Positions 36,664 to 49,200 of a stretch of DNA of 64,000 nt are shown one piece after another. The translations under genes and the position numbers were made by a program. Each line of letters opens with the position of its first letter. Positions within the stretch are counted from its first letter, which is position 1. Source of the stretch: Mizuhopecten yessoensis (Eukaryota); assembly GCF_002113885.1 (NCBI RefSeq), contig NW_018408539.1, positions 177,183 through 241,182 on the forward strand, written 5' to 3'. Below the pieces are notes generated by a model. That model was not told the origin of the DNA, did no database searches, and saw nothing but the letters and a program-made list of their open reading frames with translations.

Positions 36664-39600
36664 GTACCGTTTTTTGCGTTTATGCGGTTTATTTCTTTTC
36701 CACTTTTTATTATACTTATTATAAGACAACAAATACTAGTTATTGCAGATGTTACATTTTCGTTTTGTCTACAAATTTATAAAATACGCGATATATAAAC
36801 TCTGAGAATTCGTTGTTTGTTACCATCCACTGCACATGTACATAATTTTCACTAATTTTTGAGAAATAAAGTCCTCTTCAAATGCCTCCAAATGCAACCG
36901 GAAGTGAAGTGGATAATATAAAGAGGCACCTCAAGAAGCGAATTGACGCTTACAACGGTGTCACCTGCAATGAACCAATGAACCAAAATCTGGCATAGAC
37001 TTTAACAGAACTTTTGATTTGTATTGGCTTAAATTTCGTGAAAATGTTTTGGCAACAACAAAAAACATGAACTTTCGATCAAGCCAAACTAACGAGACCA
37101 GTTCTAGTACAATGTGCATACATACGTGAAGGTACGTACACAATGTAATACTGATCTTAAAGGTCTGCTTTACATTGTATTCTTTCAAATGGTTTTAATA
37201 GTCTGTTGTCCCGATGTCGATATATATAAAAGATAGGGTTGTTGTGGACAAACAGAAAAGTAAGTCGCGCTATCATTATAAGACCTTGTTACATATCTAG
37301 CCCTACTTAACTGCAAATAAATTCAAACTTATCTAATGTCGGTATAACAAACTTTTTTCTTGAAAATTATTTTGGTTTTGTAAAAACATTGACATTGGCT
37401 ATTAGTGTATATAAAATATCATTTTGTCATGGAAGAAAAATGTTATAAAACGTTCTTTTAGTCTAACTTATTTTATTATCGCTTGTCCACATCAAATATT
37501 TAAACTCTTGTGACCATACATGCGTAAGTTTTATCAATATTTTACTCAATAATCAGGCAGACAATGTGGTACTTCGCGCAAAGCTTTTGAGTTCGGATTT
37601 TTCTTGACTTCGTATTTGAAGTGATTTCTTTGTGTGTTGACGAGTTTCTGTATTGCTGTTTGTGTTTTTATCGTCTTTCTTCGTACGTATACTTATTGTC
37701 ATTACTTTGTGCGTTGCAGATTATTTATTTCTTTTGTGATGATTTTGAGTTAAAACTTTATATCGTTTTCTCTTCGTATTTCTAGTTATCACACATGTAC
37801 TTGTACTTTTGTGTTAATGATGTGGTACGTTGGCATTGCTCTATCTTCTTCACGTAGTCTTCAGTTTTGTAATTAATCAGTGTGTTGGATATGCGGTACT
37901 TTTTGTTGAGGTTTATGGAACATTTTCGTTATGCTCATTAGTGTGCAATGCTTTTTCGTTGTAATTGTTCTCAGTTTTCTACTTTGTCGAAGAGTAATTA
38001 GTTAGATTTTATCTAAATTAATGTACATGATGGGTGTGGACGATAAAGAAGATGACGCTCACCCTTCCGGTACACCAGGTCTTTTTCTCCTTTATCATTC
38101 TTTTGTACATATGTTGCTCTAATTTTATCGATTTCGAGTTCAAATTACGGTGTTGTTAACAACTCGGTTTTTACTTGTTGTTTTGTCCAGTGATGATTTA
38201 GTATTTCAAAGATATGACAATTTAATGCAATTTGTTTTGAAAAATAAACCATGAAAACACCAGCACTTTTAAAAGCATCAATAACAATGATCTATACAAG
38301 AACTAAAAGTAAAAAAACAGAATCATCGGAAATCGAGGGGACATCATCATTTTCGCTTTACAAGTCCCTTCCCCCAAAAAATAAAGGTTTTTTTTTATTT
38401 TATGAGAGATTATTTTCGATGATTCATAATACTTGTGCAATGTCATTTCCATAATTCCAGATGACAAACACACTGACTTGTATGAACAGCGGGACGTTAG
38501 ACAACGGCACGTGTCTGTGTCTAGGAGGTTACGTCGGACAGACATGTGAACGTCTGGCTACAGGTAAAGTATGTTAGCGGGTATGTCAGACTGACGTGTG
38601 AACGTCTGGTTACAGGTAAATCTGTATGGGGTATGTCAGACTGACGTGTGAACGTCTGTCTACAGGTAAAGTCTGTATGGGGGTATGTTAGACTGATGTG
38701 TGAACGCCTGGTTACAGGTACAATCTATATGGGGGTATGTCAGGCAGATGTGTGAACGTCTGATAACAGGTAGAAACTGTATAGGGGTATGTCAAGCAGA
38801 CGTGTGAACGAGGGTATGCTGGACAGACGTGTGAACGTCTGGTAACAGGTAAAGTCTGTATAAGGGTGTCAGACTGAAGTGTGAACGTCTGACAACAGGT
38901 AAAGTCTGTATAGGGGTGCCAGACTGACGTGTGAACGTCTGACTACAGGTAAAGTAAGTATGGGGGTATGTCAGACTGACGTGTGAACGTCTTGCTACAG
39001 GTAAAGTCTGTATGGGGGGATGTCAGACTGACGTGTGAACGTCTGATAACAGGTAAAGTCTGTATTGGGGTATGTGAGACTGACGTGTGAACGTCTGATA
39101 ACATATAAACTATGTATGGGGGTATGTCAGACTGAGTTGTGAACGTCTGGCTACAGGTAAAGTATGTATGGGGGTATGTCAGACTGATGTGTGAACGTCT
39201 GACTACAGGTAAAGACTGTATGGGGGTATGTCAGACTGACGTGTGAACGTCTGACTACAGGTAAAGTCTGTATGGGGGTATGTCAGACTGATGTGTGAAC
39301 GTCTTGCTACAGGTAAAGTCTGTATGGGGGTATGTCAGAATGATGTGTGAATGTCTGGCTACAGGTAAAATCTGTATGGGGGTATGTCAGACTCATGTGT
39401 GAACGTCTGATAACAGGTAAAGTTTGTATGGGGGTATGTCAGACTGCGGTGTGACATCTGGCTACAGGTAAAGTCTGTATGGGGGTATGTCAGACTGACG
39501 TGTGAACGTCTGATAACAGGTAAAGTTTGTATGGGGGTATGTCAGACTGACGTGTTAACACTGACTACAAGTAAAGTCCGTATAGGGTTATGTCAGACTG

Positions 39601-41259
39601 ATGTGGTTACATCTGACTACATGTAAAGTCTGTATAGGGGTATGTCAGACTGATGTGTGGACGTCTTGCTACATGTAAAGTCTGTATGGGGGTATGTCAG
39701 ACTGACGTGTTAACATCTGACTACAAGTAAAGTCCGTATAGGGTTATGTCAGACTGATGTGGTAACATCTGACTACATGTAAAGTCTGTATAGGGGTATG
39801 TCAGACTGATGTGTGGACGTCTTGCTACATGTAAAGTCTGTATGGGGGTATGTCAGACTGACGTGTGAACGTCTGGCTACAGGTAAAGTATGTATGGGGG
39901 TATGCTGGACTGACGCGTGAACGTCTTGCTACATGTAAAGTCTGTATGGGGGTACGTCAGACTGTCGTGTGAACGTCTGACTACAGGTAAAGTATACTTT
40001 GGGGTATGTCAGAATGACGTGTGATCGTCTGACTACAGGTAAAGTATGCATAGGGGTGTTAGACTGACGTGTGCACGTCTTGATACAGGTAAAGTCTGTA
40101 TGGGGGTATGTTGGACTAACGTGTGAACGTCTGGCTACAGGTAAAGTCTGTATGGAGGTTTGTCAGACTGACCTGTGAACGTCTGACTACAGGTAAAGTC
40201 TGTATGGGGGTATGTTGGACTAACGTGTGAACGTCTGGCTACAGGTAAAGTCTGTATGGGGGTATGTCAGACTGACGTGTGAATGTCTGACTACAGGTAA
40301 AGTATGCATAAGGGGTGTTAGACTGACGTGTGCACGTCTTGCTACAGGTAAAGTATGTAAAGGGATATGTAAATCATGTATAATCGCTAATGATATAATA
40401 AGTTTATGCATGCATTCAAGCTCGCAAACTTTTAATTGTGTTTCGCATGTTTCATATGAAATATAGATTGCACATACTCATTATATAGAGACAACATCTT
40501 TCCAATTAAAAAATCGAAATTACAAATGCTCAATAGAAAATACAACAAATAAAAAATATGTTTTTATATCCCACAGATTGTGCGGAAATGGGCCAATACC
40601 CTTATTATGTTGATCAAGAAGGATATTTCCAGATACAGCCTTCTTTATCTCCGTCACCGATCACCGTGTTCTGTAGTCTATCGAGTTCTTACCCAATGCC
40701 ACGTCTGTACTTACAGAGACATTTCTCAAAACAGACCGTCTTCGACAAGACCTGGGCGGAATATGCAGAAGGATTTACTTTCAATGACACTAATATGTGG
40801 CTTGGTAATATTTACCAAAGCTACATCACCAGATCACATACCGACTACAACCTCATTGTAGAACTGGCGGGACCTCAGTGGAGTACCATCAAACAGAGGG
40901 CGTACTACGGTTTTAGAGTGGAGGATGAAGTAAACTATTTTATCATGACATTTCAGTCATCAAGTACCTACATTTATCCTGATGCTGGAGACTCTCTGAT
41001 ATATGTAAACGGATCAAACTTCACGACCTTGGATCGGGATCTAGACGGGATGGCTCTTCATTGTGGTGTTGAACGGAACTGTGGTTTCTGGTTCACCGCA
41101 GGCACGAAGTGTGGCCAGAGTAATCCAAACGGACTACTGATACAGACTGCCACCGAGGAGCGGCTCTTTATCGAGGATGAAGTGTTCTGGACCTACGACA
41201 TGGGGATTTGGTCACCGTGGTACATTCAGATGTACTTAGAAAGGACGCTCGTTAGCTAG
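36358..41259 (+). CDS. Secreted fibrinogen-related protein, signal peptide + PAN/Apple + EGF-like + FReD; join(36358..36663,38461..38563,40577..41259), 363 aa
   Basis: GT-AG introns with phases 0 and 1 joining in frame. Hydrophobic N-terminus; ECLLACMDDPNCLSV (PAN); CMNSG..CLCLGGYVGQTC (EGF); DCAE..VFC..LQR..FDKTWAEYAEGF..MWLGN..AGDSL..FTTLDRDLD..GFWF..C..SNPNG (fibrinogen C domain). Confidence 0.88.
38461..38563 (+). CDS. FReD gene exon 2: four-cysteine EGF-like module
   Basis: TTCCAG acceptor; MTNTLTCMNSGTLDNGTCLCLGGYVGQTCERLAT; CAG|GTAAAG. Confidence 0.85.
38527..40368 (+). repeat. Minisatellite, 52-bp unit, about 35 copies, made of the last ~37 nt of exon 2 plus the first ~15 nt of the intron
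   Basis: Unit GGGTATGTCAGACTGACGTGTGAACGTCTGACTACAG|GTAAAGTCTGTATGG vs exon GGTTACGTCGGACAGACATGTGAACGTCTGGCTACAG|GTAAAGTATGT. Confidence 0.97.
40577..41259 (+). CDS. FReD gene exon 3: fibrinogen C-terminal domain
   Basis: CCCACAG acceptor; FReD motifs; AATAAA near 41357. Confidence 0.92.
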
Positions 41260-42015
41260 TTAACGGGGATTCCTAGTTCATGAAGATGTTTTTAGAGAGT
41301 ATGCATAGACACGTTTACTTGCGATGTAATTACTGTTAACATTGGTGTTAGATTTGAATAAAGGAAGCTGTTTGGTTTAAATGTCTTACTTTACTCTGTA
41401 TTCAATACTGGCGAAATATCTTCATGTACAATTATGTCAAATTCATGTTGTTAGACAACTAAACCTGAAAGATAAAAAAGTAAATTTCTATTAAAATTTC
41501 CCTGAAATAGACCTGAAAAATTCTTCATGTCAGTTTTTTAGTCAAATTTATGCCAATGATGGCGCTGTCTCTCTTTACAGTGTAAACTTACAGTTTAAAC
41601 TATGTGTATTACTTTCGTGGTATTTTTCTCAGGTCGAATTCAGATTAATTTCAAGGGTTTTTTTCAGGTTAAGATGACGTTTGTCTGTGTTCAAGTCATA
41701 CTTAGAGTCAAATATCGCAATAACTCGACTTATGTTATTTTTCAAAACATATTGAAATGTTCAAAATTCTTGAAATGTTGACCCGTGGTATCTTAATGTT
41801 GCAAAAAGCAAAAAGTGGATGATCATATATACCAGGAAGCAAATAACCATTGGCAAAGAGGGACAATGCATATCTCTTTATCTTTTCCTTAAGGGATACA
41901 TGCAAGACTTACATAGATAATAATGTACCACATCGTCAACATATGGCACACACAGGAACAGTGGAGACGGATGTTGACGCATTAAAGTAATGGTTCTTAG
42001 TGGATATATATATTT

Positions 42016-42389
42016 ATAGGATCTTACACGAGTAACCTTTTCATATGAGATTTATGAAACGAGTCTAAACAAATTCAAATTTACGAGCAACTGGTGAGCT
42101 AAAATGAAAAATTCGTGACGAGTTTCATAAATTTGATATGAACTGAAAACGAGTGTACGATCCTTTTTATCACATAATTCAAATTTGTGGCATTTTTTCA
42201 TGTAAAACGACAACTTTCATGCAACCTTTAAATGTAAAAAGCCGCCATTTTGACTCCAGGGACGTGACGTGACGTCACAATTGAAACTTACAACCAATCA
42301 TAGGGCTGATATGTCATATTACATGGGTTGATACGCCAAAATATGACATGTGTATATTCACTGGATAACACAGTACATTATGTGATAAA
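42016..42389. mobile_element. Non-autonomous element with a long hairpin at one end (42016-42165)
   Basis: AGGATCTTACACGAG..TTCATATGAGATTTATGAAACGAGTC pairs with GACGAGTTTCATAAATTTGATATGAA..CGAGTGTACGATCCT; TA-rich flanks. Confidence 0.55.
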
Positions 42390-43074
42390 TATATATTTAT
42401 GGATTAAACGTATGTACACAGATTAAATTCAGAGTCATCCATATATATCAATGACATTAAAAAGAAGGTATCACTGCATTTGTCACCATGATAAATCACT
42501 GTGTCCCTTTAAATCATGTTTGTTATTATCTTAACATAATTTTAAAAATTCATCTTTCAAGACAGTCATATATTTCCGTTTCTGTATTTGTTTCTGTTTG
42601 TCTCTCTATTTTCTGCAACTCTGGATTTAATCTTTGTGCACAAGCGTTTGATCTATTAAAAGAGTTGTCCAAAATCCAATGACAAATAACAGATGTTTAA
42701 GTGGCGAGACAAGGTGAATTAAAACATCGCTGTGATCAATTTAATGGTATTTTGGTCCGCACAGGCGACAATTTACACGAAATCATGGCTACTCCATCCC
42801 CATTATATATCTCTTCGTACGTTATTGTTCAGAATCTATCCCAACCGATCAAATTTCGAACCGTTCAGCACATGTGTTATACAATACAATAGCATACTTT
42901 TGTTGTCGGGTCGACTGGCTATAGTACCTATGTTCATATTCTTCGCCACGTGTTATCTCCCGTTTTGTACATGGAGACGCTCAGCATATTTGCTACGTAT
43001 GTTTGCTTCTAATACAAGCATATATTACGTATAAGATAAAAGCAATGTCATTCCGTCCAGTTGTCGCGTGAAAG

Positions 43075-43408
43075 AGTCTTACCAAAGATGAAGGTTGATG
43101 ATTACTATGGACAAGTTTTATTGTCGCCATCAGGATCTCGCAGGGAAATATGCTGTTTCGATGTTCAAGGTCGAGCTTTTTATTATGCTTATTATATTGT
43201 CTTGTGGTTTTGTTGTCCTTGCTCGAGTTATCGATGTGAGGACGCGACGTTACTTTGATTTGACTTAGATTTACATGATAGGTGTCATCGTTGAAACATT
43301 ACTTGATTGTACTTTTTCAATGGTCTCCATGAAAAACGTTCCATTGTTCATATTTTACCCCAGTTTTATCGATTTTGAGTTCGAACTGTGGTTTTGTTGA
43401 CACTTCGG
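43075..43408 (+). mobile_element. 3' remnant of a Penelope-like retroelement
   Basis: One frame reads SYQR*RLMITMDKFYCRHQDLAGKYAVS; homologous to 10650-11020. Confidence 0.6.
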
Positions 43409-45604
43409 TATGCCTTTGTTCTCATTGTGTGACCGACATACAGTATTAACCACTCATTTACTAACAAGATCCTACACTAGAATAGCAAACATTCACAACG
43501 TCAAACTTAATACAAACAAGTTAAATAGATTAAATATAAGTAAAATTGGGAAAGTAATCACACTAGCTAATACATATGTTTTTTCCAGAATTTGATTTGA
43601 ACCTCAAGACCGGGGAGACATGTTGTGATGGGTGCTCCATGGCAGCATATTTTCCCATAGCATATGACTTTATTCAAAGTTTTGTTTACAGTTTTGTTTT
43701 CAGCCTAACTAGATGATCTGAGCTCAATGTAAGGTACCGTGACGCACATTTTATTTTAAACCTCGAATTATTGCCCTTTGTACGAATGGAAGCAGAGGAG
43801 GCTACCGACTAGGAAAATAGAGTGGACATCAATGAAAAATCTGCGTCCAAAACCCATATATAGTGCTCGTTTTCCAGTTGACAATTTAGGCATCACAGGT
43901 GGGGATATAACTGTAAGGACATCTCAAACTTTTGATTGGTCAAATGCGAGAGATACCAGAGAACCCGAACAACTATATCCTGCTGATTCTGTTAAACACT
44001 CTCCGAAAAAATGGTATCAGAGAAATTGCAAGCTGTTTCCTAAAGGATTTATGAAGTCCTTAAACCTTGCTAATTTTCCAAATAACAATTCGCCGATATG
44101 CCCAAAGATAGAGTGATCAATGTTGGCACCAGACAGTTCTGTTTACTCATGTACGGATCGGGTGTCTAGTATATATTGTTGAACATGCATCTACGAGACG
44201 CCTAATATAACTGTATGAACATTGTTCCAAGTGTTAAGTTGTAGAATATTGCTCCAAAACACGTACGCCTTAACACTTGACTGATATTCCTAATATTTTG
44301 TGTAACATTATATAGGAAATATTCTGATGAATTCAATAATCCTAAGACTAATTATTTCATTTGTTTATATACTTCAAGTTTACATGTCCGTTTATACCGT
44401 TCTGTTATATATTTTTTCCCTTTAAAACTGTCTATTAACCATGCGATCCTATAAATGATAATTTAAAAAAGTAAAAACAAAAATCCTGATTTATGGTTTT
44501 AGTAAACTTTTCGACATGTTTTTGGCTCATTCCTTAAATGACACAAATGTTTATTACAATAATAACGGATATGCTGGTTCAGAAAGCAAACATTTACACA
44601 ACATATATATCCTGGACTTAAAACTATTTCACATTTACTCACAGATTAATGCCCTGGTATGCTTTCGTACCATGCACGCTCGAACACTACCTTTTCTAGC
44701 TTTTAGTTTATTTGGTCAGACGGATATTGCACCCAAGTTGTTTAAAACTTATTTATTTCTGCTACCAACCTAGCAGCACATAAACAGGGGGATATATTAA
44801 GTTCATAATTAATGGCGTACATGTTGACAGCTACCTGGATCCAGGGTCCACACCTTCGTTAGATTTACAAAACAAAAATATAACATATAAGGTAAATACA
44901 ACAGATTATAAATGAGTGAATAAAAAATATTCTTGCAACACTGAAGTAGAATCTGTTTGTTTTTCTAATCACAAATTCTTGTACCTAAATAAAAGGCATC
45001 GTTTCAAATTTCAATTTTTAAGAAGCAAATTGTAGATGGCACTATGACATGCGTTAGAGTGAAGCGGACTGTACATATACGATACGGACACCTGGGTCTG
45101 GACAACACAGATGGATGTGAACAGTTACATGGTCTGAACTCATTTATACGCTTCCCACTGACACTTCAAATGTATCACAGCCCTCGCAGGTGTACTGTCT
45201 TAACCCCACTAACCTGAATTACACTGTCGTTTTTTTAAGTTGTCAGTGTTTATTACGAACATTGTGAACTTTGTATCAAGGTCGTGCAAGAATTGTATTT
45301 GCTTATGCAATCAAAGGTATGAATATGTTAATTTCTATGATAATGCGGACTATTTCACTATATAAGATATTTAGATAAAACCAGAGCACATGCATAACTA
45401 ACAGGGACATTTCGTTTTATTTTCAGAAAATGCTAATTAGAAAGTTATTAGGAGTAAAATAGCAAAAGAAGATCACAAGGAAATTTTCATTAATGCAGCA
45501 AGGGCGGTGTTTAATGAGAAGGTAATGCTAATTAAACTGTATTTAGGCAAATCGTACGAATAATGTGGACGAAGATGACAGCATTGATGCACAAAACATA
45601 ATCT

Positions 45605-45858
45605 TGATATCAAAGTTTTAGTTTCTGCACGACCAATGTACGTATTAAATGTTGCGCAACGCTTCAAAACCGACTGGTCCCTTTGTCAAGCTATACCCAA
45701 ACAATGTACGTATTAAACGTGGCGCAATCTTTCAAGACCGACTGGTATTTTTGTCAAACTAGACTGGTATAGCTTAACAAAGGGACCAGTCGGTCTTGAA
45801 ACGTTGCGACACGTTTAATATGAACATTGTTTGTGTAGAAAGTAAAACGTTCGTATCA
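45605..45858. mobile_element. Two direct plus one inverted copy of an about 65-bp unit; Penelope pseudo-LTR-like arrangement
   Basis: CAATGTACGTATTAAA..ACCGACTGGT..TTTGTCAA twice, then inverted as ACAAAGGGACCAGTCGGTCTTGAAACGTTGCG. Confidence 0.5.
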
Positions 45859-46296
45859 CATATTTCAAAACTAATGCATTCTATTGAAGATATGAAATAA
45901 TCTTAATAAATTCAAGTTTAAAGACATCAAAATTCATTGGTATTGTATATGTCCGACTGTATTAAATTTACGTAAAAACAACATTAATGAATTGTCAAAT
46001 ATAAAAACATCATTAACAGTGAAAGTAAACGGTATCAACACGTTAGACTTCAATATTAGCACTGTCAACATTGTGAACTATTCGTTTAAGTCGATATCAA
46101 TGAAGTATTCTGTACAAATCACATGAAGCAACGCATTTTACATAATACAAGATTTTTGAAAATCGAAATGAAAACAAAGAAAAGAGGAAGAACACAAGAG
46201 CCGATTCAAGACCTTTACATTTCAAAGCATTCCCTTAAATTTTACAAGTGACGTCATCCAAGAATAATAAGGAAAGACATTAAAATGACTATATTC

Positions 46297-49200
46297 TTCT
46301 TCATTGCTATAACTGATGCCAGTGATAGCCTTTACCTTCACTATTATAACTGATGCCAGTGGTAGCCTTTATCTTCATTTTTATAACTGATGCCAGTGGT
46401 AGCCTTTACCTTCATTGTTATAACTGATGCCAGTGGTAGCCTTTACCTTCATTGTTATAACTGATGCCACTGGTAGCCTTTAACTTCATTGTTATAACTG
46501 ATGTCAGTGGGAGCCTTAACCTTCATTGTTATAACTGATGCCAGTGGAAGCCTTTACCTTCATTGTTATAACTGATGCCAGTGGTAGCCTTTACGACCTT
46601 CATTGTTATAACTGATGCCAGATGTTGCCTTTACCTTCATTGTTATATCTGATGCCAGTGGTAGCCTTTACCGTCATTGTTATAAATGATGCCAGTGGTA
46701 GCCCTAACCTTCATTGTTATAACCGGTAGCCTTTACCTTCATTGTTATAACTGATGTCAGTGGTAGCCTTTACCGTCCTTGTGATAACTGATGCCAGTGG
46801 TAGCCTTTACTTTCATTGTTATAACTGATGCCAGTGGTCGCCTTTACCTTCATTGTTATAACTGATGCCAGTGGTCGCCTTTACCGTCATTGTTATAACT
46901 GATGCCAGTGGTAGTTTTTACCTTCATTGTTATAACTGAGGCCAGTGGTCGCCTTTACCTTCATTGTTATAACTGATGCCAGTGGTCGCCTTTACCGTCA
47001 TTGTTATAACTGATGCCAGTGGTAGCCTTTACCGTCATTGTTATGACTGATGCCAGTGATCGCCTTTACCTTCATTGATATATAACTGATGCCAGTGGTA
47101 GCCTTTACCTTCATTGTTATAACTGATGCCAGTGGTAGCCTTTACCTTCATTGTTATAACTGATGCCAGTGGTAGCCTTTACCTTCATTGTTATAACTGA
47201 TGTCAGTTGTAGCCTTTACCTTCATTGTTATAACTGATGCCAGTGGAAGCCTTTACCTTCATTGTTATAACTGATGTCAGTTGTAGCCTTTACCTTCATT
47301 GTTATAACTGATGCCAGTGGTATCCTTTACCTTCATTGTTATAACTGATGTCAGTGGTAGCCTTTACCTTCGTTGTTATAACTGATGCCAGTGGTAGCCT
47401 TTACCGTCATTGTTATAACTGATGCCAGTGGTAGCATTTACCTTCATTGTTATAACTGATGCCAGTGGTATCCTTTACCTTCATTGTTATAACTGATGTC
47501 AGTGGTAGCCTTTACCTTCGTTGTTATAACTGATGTCAGTGGTAGCCTTTACCTTCATTGTTATATCTGATGCCAGTGGTCGCCTTTACCTTCATTGTTA
47601 TAACTGATGCCACTGGTAGCCTTTACCTTCATTGTTATTACTGATGCCAGTGGTAGTCTTTACCTTCATTGTTATAACTGATGCCAGTGGTCGCCTTTAC
47701 CTTCATTGTTATAACTGATGCCACTGGTAGCCTTTACCTTCATTGTTATTACTGATGCCAGTGGTAGTCTTTACCTTCATTGTTATAACTGATGCCATTG
47801 GTAGCCTTTACCTTCATTGTTATAGCTTATGCCAGTGGTAGCCTTTACCTTCATTGTTATATCTGATGCCAGTGGTCGCCTTTACCTTCATTGTTATAAC
47901 TGATGCCAGTGGTCGCCTTTACCTTCATTGTTATAATTGATGCCAGTGGTAGCCTTTACCTTCATTGTTATAACTGATGTCAGTGGTAGCCTTTACCTTC
48001 ATTGTTATAACTGATGCCAGTGGTCGCCATTACCTTCATTGTTATAACTGGTGCCAGTGGTAGCCTTTACCTTTATTGTTATCACTGATGCGAGTGGTAG
48101 CCTTTACCTTCATTGTTATAACTGATGCCAGTGGTACATTGTAGCCTTTACCTTTATTGTTATAACTGATGCCAGTGGTACCCTTTACCTTCATTGTTAT
48201 AACTGATGTCAGGATGCCAGTGGTAGCCTTTACCTTCGTTGTTATAACTGATGCCAGTGGTAGTCTTTACCTTCATTGTTATAACTGATTCCAGTGGTAG
48301 CCTTTACTTCCATTGTTATAACTGATGCCAGTGGTACCCTTTACCTTCATTGTTATAACTGATTCCAGTGGTAGCCTTTACTTCCATTGTTATAACTGAT
48401 GCCAGTGGTCGCCATTACCTTCATTGTTATAAATGGTGCCAGTGGTAGCCTTTACCTTTCTTGTTATAACTGATGCCAGTGGTAGCTTTTACCTTCATTG
48501 TTATAACTGATGTCACTGGTAGCCTTTACCTTCATTGTTATCACTGATGCCAGTGGGAGCCTTTACCTTTATTGTTATAACTGATGCGAGTGGGAGCCTT
48601 TACCTTCATTGTTATAGCTTATGCCAGTGGTAGCCTTTACCTTCCTTGTGATAACTGATGTCAGTGGTAGCCTTTATCTTCATTGTTATCACTGATGCCA
48701 GTGGGAGCCTTTACCTTTATTGTTATAACTGATGTCAGTGGTAGCATTTACCTTCATTGTTATAACTGATGTCAGTGGTAGCATTTACCTTCATTGTTAT
48801 AACTGATGTCACTGGTAGCCTTTACCTTCATTGTTATCACTGATGCCAGTGGTAGCCTTTACCTTTATTGTTATAACTGATGCGAGTGGTAGCCTTTACC
48901 TTCATTGTTATAGCTTATGCCAATGGCACATTGTAGCCTTTACCTTTATTGTTATAACTGATTCCAGTGGTAGCCTTTACCTCCATTGTTATAACTGATG
49001 CCAGTGGTAGCCTTTACCTTCATTGTTATAACTGATGCCAGTGGTCGCCTTTACCTTCATTGTTATAATTGATGCCAGTGGTAGCCTTTACCTTCATTGT
49101 TATAACTGATGTCAGTGGTAGCCTTTACCTTCATTGTTATAACTGATGCCAGTGGTCGCCATTACCTTCATTGTTATAACTGGTGCCAGTGGTAGCCTTT

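Noticed and set aside
40220-40466. Cys-rich ORFs at the end of the 52-bp array
   Set aside because: They are translations of repeat units that echo the EGF exon; the array has stops and a period not divisible by 3.
43778-44116. 112-aa ORF
   Set aside because: Non-ATG start, no recognisable domain and no supported exon partners.
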